From: a virus
Virus genome (UHGV): UHGV-0020019
Strand: one strand, 5' to 3'
Length of the DNA: 64,000 bases
The translations under genes and the position numbers were made by a program. The notes beneath the pieces are model-generated. The model made no database searches. It was given only the letters and a program-made list of their open reading frames with translations, and was not told the origin of the DNA. Positions 48,998 through 58,775 of the stretch are shown in pieces. Each line of letters starts with the position of its first letter. Position 1 is the first letter of the stretch.

Positions 48998-49749
48998 TCT
49001 ATCACTTCATCTATATAGTTTAATACAGTACCAACTAACTCTTCATTGGTAGTAGAGATAGATGGAACATCAGTTTCTTTTATGACAAAAGGACAGTCTT
49101 CTACTAATACCTTTGCCTTCAAATTACAATCACCATTATTAGTCTCATATATTTTACTTCTATAGATAGGAGAATAAATACGAGTTAATGACAAAGTTGT
49201 AGGAATAAGTTTATTAATAATAAATCGTTCTACAGTATTGCTTTTGTTTATAAATACTTCTGGAGCTACCCTAAGTATAGGTTTGATAAACTTATATCTA
49301 AAAGGATTCTGCTCATCATCCCTATATATCTTCTTTAATTCCCATGAGAGCATAACTACAGGCTTGAAGTTTTCATCAAAGATTGCTCCATAAGTTCCAT
49401 AATAGGTTTTTACAGGGTTACTTACAGTAATGAGTTTTCTTAAACGAGCACTTTTATATGATGTTATACAAGCATCTCTAAAACAAGCCTCTACAGATTT
49501 ATATGAAGTATAACTTCCTGTATTCTCCAAGTTTATTACTATTGCATCTATAGGTTTTTTATTTAGAATTTTTTCTGCTACTGTAGAAAGAGAATACATA
49601 GCCATTGTTGGAATTTCAATATTATCTCCTGTTACAGGGATTAGCATGTAAGAAGATTTGCTTGTAAAACTTATTCCTCGATTTTGACTATAACTAGGAG
49701 AATCGAAGGCTTCAAAACAATAAGAAATTGTTGCTTTTAAATCTCTCAT
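48994..49749 (-). CDS. hypothetical protein downstream of the E1-like gene (possible E2/accessory; unassigned)
   Basis: ATGA-coupled to the ThiF-like gene; no recognisable motif. Confidence 0.45.
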   Translation of the reverse strand: MRDLKATISYCFEAFDSPSYSQNRGISFTSKSSYMLIPVTGDNIEIPTMAMYSLSTVAEKILNKKPIDAIVINLENTGSYTSYKSVEACFRDACITSYKSARLRKLITVSNPVKTYYGTYGAIFDENFKPVVMLSWELKKIYRDDEQNPFRYKFIKPILRVAPEVFINKSNTVERFIINKLIPTTLSLTRIYSPIYRSKIYETNNGDCNLKAKVLVEDCPFVIKETDVPSISTTNEELVGTVLNYIDEVIE

Positions 49750-50840
49750 TAGCTTTCAGTTTTAAATATCATATTCTGTGCATCATACTCTGTAAAGAAA
49801 GGCAAATCATAAGGAATGATTGGATTTAAAGTGTTAGCTATGAAGTTCGTAAAGAGATTAACCATTAGGGAGCCAATCATGCAAGCAAGATATGTAGTTT
49901 GCTTCATAGAACATACTGTAGCATCAGCCATAGAATCAGAGAATAAAAATTCTTTCTTATACCTATCAATATTATACTGATCATCTCCTGTAATACAGAG
50001 TATCTGTAAGGTGTCAATACTTAATCTACCATCGAGATATAAGCATTTTTTTCTTTCTTCTTCTGTCTTATCTTTAATATGACCAACCCAAGAACTAAAG
50101 AATGTAGCTCTTGCTCTCATGTTATCAAAGCCACAAATCATAATATCCCCAGGCTCCATATCTGATGTAAATTTACTTTGAACAGTCCATACTTGCCTCA
50201 TAGAAGTATAGTTATAAATCATATCAGCTATTGCATTTACCTTAGATTTACCTATATCATTAATGCTAAATAACTGACCAGCCATATTTACCATCTCTAC
50301 AATATCATCATCATATAGAGTAAGATTTGCAGGAATCATTCTTGCTAACTGGAAAGCTACATTACTACCAATACCTCCAATGCCTGCAACAATGATTCTT
50401 GCTTTCTGTATTTCATTAAACCATTCTGCACCAGAAAATCTAGTAGTAGATTCATCAATGAGAAGAGTAGGGGAGTTAAGGGGAATCTTTGCATCATCAG
50501 GAATACTATTCTCTGTAATAGCTGTAGATTCTTCCTGAGGCTCTTCTTCTTGTATTGTTACTACAGTTTCAGCATCTCTTTCTTGGGCAATATCTACAGC
50601 AACATTCTCTGTATCAATATCATTTCTTTCTCTTTGATTTTCATCATAGGTTTCTTCTCCCTCTGATTCTTCAGAGAGACCATTATCTTCTATAATTTCA
50701 TCAAGTTCTTCATTAGAAAGAGATAGGTTTGTCTCTTCTTCTGAATCAGACTCTTGAGGAGAATTATTAGCATTCTCTTGAGTTATTCCTATATTTAAAT
50801 CTTGGAGAATACCATCAATATTATTCATATTTATATCCAT
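49749..50840 (-). CDS. E1-like ThiF/MoeB-family adenylyltransferase with ~130-aa acidic low-complexity N-terminus
   Basis: RIIVAGIGGIGSNVAFQLARMIPANLTLYDDDIVEMVNMAGQLF fits the E1 Rossmann GxGxxG + D.D.VE.SNL.RQ pattern; later DIMICGFDNMRAR. Confidence 0.8.
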   Translation of the reverse strand: MDINMNNIDGILQDLNIGITQENANNSPQESDSEEETNLSLSNEELDEIIEDNGLSEESEGEETYDENQRERNDIDTENVAVDIAQERDAETVVTIQEEEPQEESTAITENSIPDDAKIPLNSPTLLIDESTTRFSGAEWFNEIQKARIIVAGIGGIGSNVAFQLARMIPANLTLYDDDIVEMVNMAGQLFSINDIGKSKVNAIADMIYNYTSMRQVWTVQSKFTSDMEPGDIMICGFDNMRARATFFSSWVGHIKDKTEEERKKCLYLDGRLSIDTLQILCITGDDQYNIDRYKKEFLFSDSMADATVCSMKQTTYLACMIGSLMVNLFTNFIANTLNPIIPYDLPFFTEYDAQNMIFKTES

Positions 50841-50842
50841 AA

Positions 50843-52084
50843 TTATTCTATAATATTTGTAACAAGAGTTTCATTGTAAGCTTCAATAAACGGATTTACA
50901 TCAATAAACTCCATAAGTTCATTACTCATAGCCTGTGCTATTCTACTTTGAATAATTTCATAGGTTTCAAATAGAACATCAGGAACATCGGAAGTATCAA
51001 AATAATCTAATGTATATTGAATGATGAAGTCTTTCCACTCACTGAAAGCACCGCAGGAATCATGTTCACATTCATAGATACTTGATTCTCCAAATATCTT
51101 TATATAAACATTCTTCATGTGCTTAGTAATCCATTGCTTGAGGTCAAACTTATCAGGATTAATAATCAGGTTACATGTAATCATGTGGACTACAGCAGCA
51201 TGAATCTTCTTAGGGTCTGGCTGCCAATCGTCAATATCAGTTGGATTGAATATGTGGTCATCTTTATAAGTGTACTTCGGAGCTTCTTTGTAAGAAGTAT
51301 CCCCAAAGAGATTTTGTTCCTTAGGTACTGGCTTATAGTTCATCCAATCAAAGAAATGACCTGTAGGAGCTATATTAGATGAATCATAATTATCTTTTTT
51401 TTCAATTGCTTTCTTTTTGGTAATCTCATCAAATCTAGCATCGAGATATTCTAAAGTATTAGGTACTTCATGCCTTTCTACTTCAAGGTCAAAGTATTCA
51501 ATGACTTCTTTTTCTACAACTTTAGTAGTTTCTGTACTATCATGCTCCAGTTCTTTAGAACCTTCACCAAAGAACTCATAAGATGTACCTAACTTTTTGA
51601 CTGTTACTTCTGATTTAGTCTGCACTTTTCTTGTAATGGCTGCATAGTATTTTCCTGCATTATTTACAATAAGAGATACAAAACAGTTCCTTTCATTGCC
51701 TTCTTCTTTCAATGTGTTTAAATCTGTACCACTCGGCTGAGTTGACATCTGATGATGTGAATGAATTAACTGCAAATCACAGTCAAACAGCTCTATATTT
51801 TCAGACATATAAGCAGCTACGTCTTCACTCATCTTAAACTCAGTAAAAGTAGCATTGCCTAAATCCATAGGATAAATATCCTTGCATGTGATTACTAAGT
51901 CATTGTTCTCAAAGGAGCCTTGATGGGTTACAAACAATACCCCAGACCATTCTGTAGTAGGGAATTTTCTGAGTAGATATCTAATTTTCTCTTCTACATT
52001 CTCAGGAACAATGAGTTTATAGGTAGATGACCCTTTCACAAGTAGGGGTAACTTCTTGGTTTCTTCTGTTTTTATTGTATTCAT
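50843..52084 (-). CDS. JAMM/MPN+ (JAB) metallopeptidase, N-terminal domain of a 413-aa protein
   Basis: Exact JAMM motif HxHx7Sx2D: LIHSHHQMSTQPSGTDLN, with upstream Glu (TTEWSG); 3 nt downstream of the E1-like gene. Confidence 0.75.
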   Translation of the reverse strand: MNTIKTEETKKLPLLVKGSSTYKLIVPENVEEKIRYLLRKFPTTEWSGVLFVTHQGSFENNDLVITCKDIYPMDLGNATFTEFKMSEDVAAYMSENIELFDCDLQLIHSHHQMSTQPSGTDLNTLKEEGNERNCFVSLIVNNAGKYYAAITRKVQTKSEVTVKKLGTSYEFFGEGSKELEHDSTETTKVVEKEVIEYFDLEVERHEVPNTLEYLDARFDEITKKKAIEKKDNYDSSNIAPTGHFFDWMNYKPVPKEQNLFGDTSYKEAPKYTYKDDHIFNPTDIDDWQPDPKKIHAAVVHMITCNLIINPDKFDLKQWITKHMKNVYIKIFGESSIYECEHDSCGAFSEWKDFIIQYTLDYFDTSDVPDVLFETYEIIQSRIAQAMSNELMEFIDVNPFIEAYNETLVTNIIE

Positions 52085-53264
52085 TTTTGTATCTGAAATT
52101 AATTGTTCTAAGAATTTTTTGCAGTATGTACATTGCTAAATGACTACTAATAACAGTAGTTAGTGTTGATTCATTATTTTGTTCATTATCAATAATGGTA
52201 GTACGTATTTCCTTACCTTTGAATGTTAGTACCAGTTTATTTTGATAATTATTAAGATTGTTAACATAGGAGGTACTATCTCCATCTTCCGTATAAAATT
52301 TTCCGTTAGCAACCACAACTTGTCTTAATAAACCCCTTGTAAAGCAATTATTTAAATTTTGAGCAGTAGTGCTGAAGTATTTATTATAGAAGTCAATAAA
52401 TGAGTTGCTAATATCAATAATATATTCATAATAAGGCATTCCCCAAGTGAATGTATTATTTATATATCTTAATGATAGATGACCATATTTTAAGTAATAC
52501 TGAATAAATTCTTCTAAGTTGTTATTTGTAAATAGAGAAAGAAATTCCATATTACTTGCATGGCTAAAGTTATAACCTATATATGAAGGAATTTGAGATT
52601 TATTTCCTATAGTTTCCATTCTGTGGTATGGACCACCTGAGATTGATTCTACAGTTACATACATGCTAAGTTCCTGGCAAAATAGCATCCAAGTAGCTTC
52701 ATCATACTCATTATTCAATGTTCCAATAGTACTACGTATAGGACCCCTACCTAAACATGGACTTTGAAATTTTGTGAAGTCATTCTTTGGAATTACATTA
52801 ATGTGGCTATGCATGTAATTACTCATGAATTGTTCTCTTGTATAAGTAGCTCTATTAAGTCTAAAGCCATGGCACTCATAAGGAATTGTACCATCACCCT
52901 GAATTTCAATCTTAGCATAAAGGTCTTTGATATTTACTGATTTATCATATTCATTAGAAATAGTTACTTGTGGCCACCATACATAGATAATGAATCTTTC
53001 ATCTTCAGCTATATTTTTCAGTCCTGCTAATTGCTCTGCTGAAACTTCAAAATGCAGATTAAAGTCTTCTTCTTTATTTCCATTTGTAATATAGGCTTCA
53101 TCACAAATCTTTGCAAATAAATATTCTTTGAATGATGATAATTCTCTTCCTTGTTGAGTCTGTATATCTACAAAATCTTCACCAAAGAATCCCTTGAATA
53201 TATCATAGATACTTAAAGGTTTTTCAAAGAGATGCTGATATAATTGATTTACTGTATATTCCAT
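52017..53264 (-). CDS. hypothetical 415-aa protein, first gene of the E1/JAB unit (overlaps the JAB gene by 68 nt)
   Basis: ORF in track; Cys/His-containing segments (YECHGF, YMHSHINV); no assignable domain. Confidence 0.5.
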   Translation of the reverse strand: MEYTVNQLYQHLFEKPLSIYDIFKGFFGEDFVDIQTQQGRELSSFKEYLFAKICDEAYITNGNKEEDFNLHFEVSAEQLAGLKNIAEDERFIIYVWWPQVTISNEYDKSVNIKDLYAKIEIQGDGTIPYECHGFRLNRATYTREQFMSNYMHSHINVIPKNDFTKFQSPCLGRGPIRSTIGTLNNEYDEATWMLFCQELSMYVTVESISGGPYHRMETIGNKSQIPSYIGYNFSHASNMEFLSLFTNNNLEEFIQYYLKYGHLSLRYINNTFTWGMPYYEYIIDISNSFIDFYNKYFSTTAQNLNNCFTRGLLRQVVVANGKFYTEDGDSTSYVNNLNNYQNKLVLTFKGKEIRTTIIDNEQNNESTLTTVISSHLAMYILQKILRTINFRYKNEYNKNRRNQEVTPTCERVIYL

Positions 53265-53284
53265 AACTTTACTTTAGTTAATTG

Positions 53285-53322
53285 AAAAAATAAAGGGAGC
53301 AGAGACTTATTCTCCACTCCCT
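53285..53322 (-). terminator. putative rho-independent terminator (minus orientation) upstream of the 415-aa/JAB/E1 unit
   Basis: In minus sense: AGGGAG-tg-GAGA-ataag-TCTC-tg-CTCCCT followed by TTATTTTTT; lies after the 53352 stop. Confidence 0.35.
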
Positions 53323-53351
53323 AATACAATTAAATGGCAAACAGTTATGTG

Positions 53352-54212
53352 TTATACTCCAAGTTCATCAATCATATCATCAATATCATTATCTGTGATA
53401 CTGCCATCAGAAGTACTTACTGAAGGCTTTGGTGCTGTTTTCACTTTAGATGTACCTTTCTCCTTCTTAGCAACCTTAATGAGATAATCAATATCATCCT
53501 TCAAGTCTTCAAGGTCTTCTACAGAGAGTACATCATTATTTACCAACATGGCAATATGAGCATACAAGGAATCTTCTGGAGTATTTATATCTAGATCTGT
53601 AATGATGTCTTCAATATAGTTTGGAAGATTCTCATCCATTTCCTCCTCTTCTTCATCTTTAAGTTCATCAGCTACAGTATCTTCATCTTCTACCTCTGTA
53701 GGCTCTTCATTAAGTGTTTTAGTTATTTCTGAAACAACCCCATTCTGAGCAATGAATACCAGCAAATCACTAGTAGGAACCTGTGTAAAGTTCCTACCAA
53801 ACTCTTCTTTTACTGCATCTTGAAGATTATTATCCTTAATAGCCTGATATGCTTCCTTTCTAGTCATAGTACCAGAAGAAATGTTTTTCTTGGTATTGGT
53901 AAGCAGAATAACCAAGTTATTGGTAGGTTGACCCTTATACATTACATTCTGTGGCAACTGTGTAGCATCATTGAGAAGCTGAGTTTTAGAAATACCTTCA
54001 GTAAAGGTCATATTACTATAGTCAATACCAGCAGCTCGCAAGTCTGCCTTCAATTCTCCAAGTGTTGTAGCACTGGTAGTTATCTTACTTCTCTTCTGAG
54101 TTTTTGTATTTGCGATCAAAATTTCTCTTTCCATAATCTTTGTTTTGTTAATTGAATAATTGTTGTAATTGTTTGAATTGTGTTTTGTCTTCCAAGGCTT
54201 TATAGTGGTCAC
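53352..54212 (-). CDS. hypothetical protein with strongly acidic C-terminal half
   Basis: EDEDTVADELKDEEEEEMDEN...; overlaps the primase gene's 3' end by 65 nt. Confidence 0.5.
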   Translation of the reverse strand: MTTIKPWKTKHNSNNYNNYSINKTKIMEREILIANTKTQKRSKITTSATTLGELKADLRAAGIDYSNMTFTEGISKTQLLNDATQLPQNVMYKGQPTNNLVILLTNTKKNISSGTMTRKEAYQAIKDNNLQDAVKEEFGRNFTQVPTSDLLVFIAQNGVVSEITKTLNEEPTEVEDEDTVADELKDEEEEEMDENLPNYIEDIITDLDINTPEDSLYAHIAMLVNNDVLSVEDLEDLKDDIDYLIKVAKKEKGTSKVKTAPKPSVSTSDGSITDNDIDDMIDELGV

Positions 54213-55152
54213 TAAAGTCTTTCTGACTACCTAGATTTGGAATAATATTAGTAAAGCCAGTACGCTTAGCTAACTTTTCTCCATCTATTCTGCCTGCTTC
54301 GTCAGTATCAAAACTGATAAATATTTTCTTGTATCTCCTTTTTAGTTCATTAATGGCAGTATCAGACATAGAGTATCCTTCGCCCTGTAGACAAATGGTA
54401 GGTATATGTAACTGACAAGAGATAACCAATGCATCCTTTAATGAAGAACAAATTACAACTCTATCACCATATTCAGGAATCTTTGTCCATAATCCTATAA
54501 CAGATGCATCCATCTTGGAATACCATTTATAGCCTTTAGTATTATAGGGTTGATATAACTTTAGTTGTAGTTGTTCTTCCTTTCTTTCTACATAACAATA
54601 AGCATATTTATCTGTAGGGAAAATATACTGTTTACTCTTACCAGTTACTGAATCCTTTTTAGTAATAATCTTATAGGAGACAGGATATATTTCTGCATAC
54701 TTTAGCCATTGCTTTGAGATGCCATAAGATGCCCAGTACTCATAATCATACTCTCTCCAAGGTCTGACCTTAACCTCTAACTTAGTGAGTCGGTTAGCCT
54801 CCTTTCTTGTGAGAGTCTTTATCTGCTTGGGCTTAATTGTTACATTGTCATCCTTAATCATTAACTTACAGATTTTATCCAAAGCCTGATTAAAAGTACA
54901 GTTCCAATACTCACATAGTAAATCAATCAATCCTCCTTGAACATTAGTATCTCCAAAGTCCTTATACATGATATGGTTAGTATTGCTCATATAAATGCTG
55001 AAGGATGGGTGATTGTCAGTTCTTAAAGGAGAGTTGATTACACAAGGGATTTCAGTAATTTCTGGAAACACAGTACATAATACCTGTGTTTCACTGAATT
55101 TACTAAATATCTCTGTCTTAGATATACTGGAAGAAGTTTTACCTACTACCAT
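54148..55152 (-). CDS. dnaG: DnaG-type DNA primase (Zn-finger + TOPRIM)
   Basis: CVINSPLRTDNHPSFS (compare CPFHxEKTPSF), KDFG..GG.IDL, TOPRIM ISFDTDEAGR. Confidence 0.75.
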   Translation of the reverse strand: MVVGKTSSSISKTEIFSKFSETQVLCTVFPEITEIPCVINSPLRTDNHPSFSIYMSNTNHIMYKDFGDTNVQGGLIDLLCEYWNCTFNQALDKICKLMIKDDNVTIKPKQIKTLTRKEANRLTKLEVKVRPWREYDYEYWASYGISKQWLKYAEIYPVSYKIITKKDSVTGKSKQYIFPTDKYAYCYVERKEEQLQLKLYQPYNTKGYKWYSKMDASVIGLWTKIPEYGDRVVICSSLKDALVISCQLHIPTICLQGEGYSMSDTAINELKRRYKKIFISFDTDEAGRIDGEKLAKRTGFTNIIPNLGSQKDFSDHYKALEDKTQFKQLQQLFN

Positions 55153-55187
55153 AAGATTATTACTTTAAAAGGGTTAATTTTAGGGTT

Positions 55188-56105
55188 TTAGTCCCAAGGC
55201 ATATCACCACTACCAGAAGCAGTACCTGTTTCTACTGGTGCAGCATTGAGATTAGTTGCCTGTACATTATACTCTGTAAGTTCCTGTACTGCAAACTCTG
55301 TTGAAGCATAAGAACCATTATCCTTAGCATTGGCAAGGTCTTTCTCCAAGCGTGCAAGAGCCTTAGAGCCTGCATAGTTAGGAAGAATCATACCATTACG
55401 TGTAGCAATAGCCTGATACTGCTTACCATCATCTGTAGTACGTACACCATAGAGAAGCTTTACCTTATTGTTAGGCTGAAGAGCAATAGCCTCCTTAATC
55501 TCTGAGAAGTCACCCTTGAAGTAGTCCTTGATATGCTCAAGACCAAATACAAAGTCATCAGTATTCTCCTTCAATACCCAAGAACCATTAACATAGTTAA
55601 AGGCATCACCTACACAGAGATAAGGCTTCAAGAAGCCAATAAGGTCTGCTTCACCTACACAAGCTATACGATAGTCAGGAGCAATCTTTGCAGGATTTCC
55701 ATTCTTAGTAAAGAGAGGTTTACCAGCCTTTGCATCTTCAGCATTAGCCCAAGTAGCATTGCCAAACTTATCAATAACCTGTGCTTTAGCCTGGTCTTGA
55801 CTATATGCAGGAGCATTACGTAGGGTAAACATTACTCTATTAATCATTTCTACACCATTGCAGGTATCTGGGTCTGTCTTTACAATAAATGTAATTCGTG
55901 CTTCCTTGCCATTATCAGTATCTACAACATACTCTGGATCATTAGCAATCTCATGACCATAGATGTCTTCAAGTTCCTTCTTTGTAGGATTTACTGCTAC
56001 TACAAAAGAAGAACCTACACCTACATACTTCTTGAACTCCTGAGCTTCTTTTGACTCCTGTGTCTTGCCAATAGCAAGGAAACTGTAACTATTATTAATC
56101 ATCAT
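55188..56105 (-). CDS. hypothetical protein (possible ssDNA-binding/annealing protein; weak)
   Basis: Sits between primase and ATPase; C-terminus ...SGSGDMPWD; no firm motif. Confidence 0.4.
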   Translation of the reverse strand: MMINNSYSFLAIGKTQESKEAQEFKKYVGVGSSFVVAVNPTKKELEDIYGHEIANDPEYVVDTDNGKEARITFIVKTDPDTCNGVEMINRVMFTLRNAPAYSQDQAKAQVIDKFGNATWANAEDAKAGKPLFTKNGNPAKIAPDYRIACVGEADLIGFLKPYLCVGDAFNYVNGSWVLKENTDDFVFGLEHIKDYFKGDFSEIKEAIALQPNNKVKLLYGVRTTDDGKQYQAIATRNGMILPNYAGSKALARLEKDLANAKDNGSYASTEFAVQELTEYNVQATNLNAAPVETGTASGSGDMPWD

Positions 56106-56168
56106 AACTGTTTGTATTTAAAATATTGTTTATTATTATTGTTTACTATTTGTTGGTTTATACTATAA

Positions 56169-56672
56169 TTACTCAAAGATTGGTGCATCTGTAGGAATAT
56201 CTTCTGTCTCTACAGCCTGTGCATCCTCATTATTTACTTCTGTGTCAGTATCAGGTTCCTCAGTTGAGGTCTCCATGTTATTCTCTTCACTTGTGGCTGT
56301 TGTTTCTTCACTTTCAGAAAAAGACTTTGATACCTCTTTTGTGTTATCATCAGGAATGTGGATTACATACTGCTTATGCTGCTCATCATAAGAAACAATA
56401 TCTGTAGGAAGATACTTTGTTGTCTTCTTAGGCTGACCATTGGCATCTACACCAGGCTCAATAACCTTCTTTACAAGTTCCTCTACACGGAAACCTATTA
56501 CCTGCTTAATGCCTGTTTCCAATGAAGCAATCTGAGTATCATAGTCCTTAAATTCTTTAGCAAGAGCTTCAATTTTTACTTTGATTTTCTCACGCTTTAC
56601 CATAAGTGGATTACAAGCCTGTGCTACACGTTTAACTGACTGAAACTGATCAAATGAAATTCTTTTTTCCAT
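56169..56672 (-). CDS. hypothetical protein with acidic C-terminal tail ending DAPIFE (SSB-tail-like)
   Basis: C-terminal EEPDTDTEVNNEDAQAVETEDIPTDAPIFE resembles acidic protein-interaction tails such as SSB DDDIPF. Confidence 0.4.
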   Translation of the reverse strand: MEKRISFDQFQSVKRVAQACNPLMVKREKIKVKIEALAKEFKDYDTQIASLETGIKQVIGFRVEELVKKVIEPGVDANGQPKKTTKYLPTDIVSYDEQHKQYVIHIPDDNTKEVSKSFSESEETTATSEENNMETSTEEPDTDTEVNNEDAQAVETEDIPTDAPIFE

Positions 56673-56718
56673 TGTTTTTGATTTTTAAATTGTTATTTAT
56701 GAATTGAATGTTTATTGT

Positions 56719-57537
56719 TTAATTTGCTGTATCAAGGAAAATTTGACTCATATCTACCTTGATATTACCTTTATCATCAGATTCTGCAACCTGAAATACC
56801 TTTTCTCTAAGATGTAATGGTCTTGAACCCCTAATGGCATTATCTCCTCCAACAAAAGAAATTAGAGTTTTATTATCTTTTCGGTAAACATAACCAATAG
56901 CATCTGCTTCACCACAGACAATATCTCCTGTCTTTCCTGCAAGATCTACAGCCATTTCTGTTGTTTCTTCATCATTCTTCTTAATTTGCTTATCCTTAAC
57001 ATGACATACAAGAATAAGTGTGTCACATAAAGGCTTGAACATATTGATCATCTCCTTAAGTGCAGAACGAAGATATGTATAGCCTGCTCCATTAGGTAAT
57101 TGGCGTACATCTGCCTTAGGATCAACTACCTTATTACCAGCTTTGTCTTTAAGGATATTACCAATCTTATCTTTCTTATATCCATAATTTGCACCCATAG
57201 GTGTTTTACGGTACAAAGCTGCTGCATAGACTAATGACATTTCTTCCAGCCTAGTTGCATTATCAATAGTTATAAAACGGTAGAATGGTTTCCCATTATT
57301 TTCTTCATTCTTCTGTGCAATAAGATTCTTGATTTCAAAGATGTCATTGACACTTCTTGCCTGTACTGCCATTACATCCAATGCACGATAACCATCTTCC
57401 AAATCAATGATAAGATTGTTATTAAGACTAGCCATAATAGTGCTTTTCCCATTTTTAGGCTTTCCGTAAAGGACTATCAACCTTGGGTTGTAGTCTGTAG
57501 CTTTCCTACGCTCTGTAGGTAAAACAATGTTACTCAT
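56719..57537 (-). CDS. RecA-fold AAA ATPase (Sak4-like)
   Basis: Walker A LIVLYGKPKNGKSTIMASL; Walker B-like FITIDNATRLEE; 272 aa. Confidence 0.65.
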   Translation of the reverse strand: MSNIVLPTERRKATDYNPRLIVLYGKPKNGKSTIMASLNNNLIIDLEDGYRALDVMAVQARSVNDIFEIKNLIAQKNEENNGKPFYRFITIDNATRLEEMSLVYAAALYRKTPMGANYGYKKDKIGNILKDKAGNKVVDPKADVRQLPNGAGYTYLRSALKEMINMFKPLCDTLILVCHVKDKQIKKNDEETTEMAVDLAGKTGDIVCGEADAIGYVYRKDNKTLISFVGGDNAIRGSRPLHLREKVFQVAESDDKGNIKVDMSQIFLDTAN

Positions 57538-57639
57538 TTTTAACTTCTACTTTTTTATTAAATTATTGGACTGCAAATATACCTATGCAAAGATGTATAG
57601 GCAATATGCTTTTAATTATACTATGAAAAATGAAAAGAA

Positions 57640-58737
57640 TCACTTAGATGTACTCTCTTGATTCCTTTGAATTAGTTGATATACTTTATTAAGCTCTGGA
57701 ATATTATCATATTTTGGCAGTGGAGCATAATAGCCTGTGGCACCATCAAAATACATTCCTAAGATAGCATTACTTTCTCCATCTCTGCCTAATACAATTT
57801 CCAAGAACTTACTATATCCTCTAAGTTTAGTTATATCATACTTTAGATACTCCTTCAGTTCCCAAGAGAATGGAGAAGTAATACCTAACATAACATCACA
57901 ATCTTTACCAGGATCCTGACTGTCAGCTAATCCTTTCTGTGTAGGTCTAATCTTATTAGCTTTGAATGCTTCAAGGGATAGACTTTCACTATTCTGCTGT
58001 TGTACAACTACAGGAATATAGTTATACTTATTACGTACAATCTTTAGATATTCAGACAGTTTTTTGATAGAGTTACGCAAATCCATACCCCTTTCACAAC
58101 TTATAAGAGAGATATGGTCAATGATACAAAGAACATATTCATCAGGATCATTTGGTTCATAATAATCAAAGATTTCCTTCTCATATCCTTCAACCTTCTT
58201 TTTATGAATAGTGCCATTTGCTACTGCATATTTCTCTAAAGTATGGTACACACCTGTTGGATTTCTGTCTGGAATAAAGACTACATGTTCTTCAAAGAAT
58301 CTAAGTATAGACTGATACTCCAGTGTTCCTAATAACTGTAATATCTCAGGAGAGAGAATCCTATCTTCATCTACAGATTTGAATGTCTTTATATCAATTC
58401 TTATCCTCTTATCAGAGAGTATATACAACAGATAGCAGATAAATTTACCAGTAATATTCTCTGCTTTCTCTTCTAACAAAGCATAAAAAATTTTTAACCT
58501 GACTAATTCAGGATGATAATAAGCATATAGAATACTATTAAATAGAAACAGGAAGTTTGTTATCTTAGACTTACTACTCTTTGCTCCACCTGACACTAGA
58601 TAATATGTACCTAATTCTACTCCAGGAAAGTCATATCTGAAAGTCTTAAAGGGAGATGGAATACAATTAACCTTTCCACTAAGTATTTTTTCTCTTCGTT
58701 CTTTAGCATTTTCCAGTACTCTTTGAATTAAACTCAT
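57640..58737 (-). CDS. DnaB-like/RecA-fold helicase-like ATPase (tentative)
   Basis: YYLVSGGAKSSKSK P-loop-like; LCIIDHISLIS resembles the DnaB Walker B (viDyLqLm). Confidence 0.45.
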   Translation of the reverse strand: MSLIQRVLENAKERREKILSGKVNCIPSPFKTFRYDFPGVELGTYYLVSGGAKSSKSKITNFLFLFNSILYAYYHPELVRLKIFYALLEEKAENITGKFICYLLYILSDKRIRIDIKTFKSVDEDRILSPEILQLLGTLEYQSILRFFEEHVVFIPDRNPTGVYHTLEKYAVANGTIHKKKVEGYEKEIFDYYEPNDPDEYVLCIIDHISLISCERGMDLRNSIKKLSEYLKIVRNKYNYIPVVVQQQNSESLSLEAFKANKIRPTQKGLADSQDPGKDCDVMLGITSPFSWELKEYLKYDITKLRGYSKFLEIVLGRDGESNAILGMYFDGATGYYAPLPKYDNIPELNKVYQLIQRNQESTSK

Positions 58738-58775
58738 AATGAAAATGTTACTTTTATACTCATAACTGTATTCTT

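Noticed and set aside
48994-53264. Searched for a small beta-grasp Ubl ORF ending in Gly-Gly next to E1/JAB
   Set aside because: No flanking ORF ends in GG and there is no unassigned gap large enough. A Ubl, if present, must be a fused domain or encoded elsewhere.
57538-57639. Intergenic imperfect palindrome TACCTATgcaaagatgtATAGGCA with duplicated TGCAAA
   Set aside because: Only 5-7 bp arms with mismatches and no adjacent T-run in the correct orientation; could be an operator, but the evidence is too weak to call.
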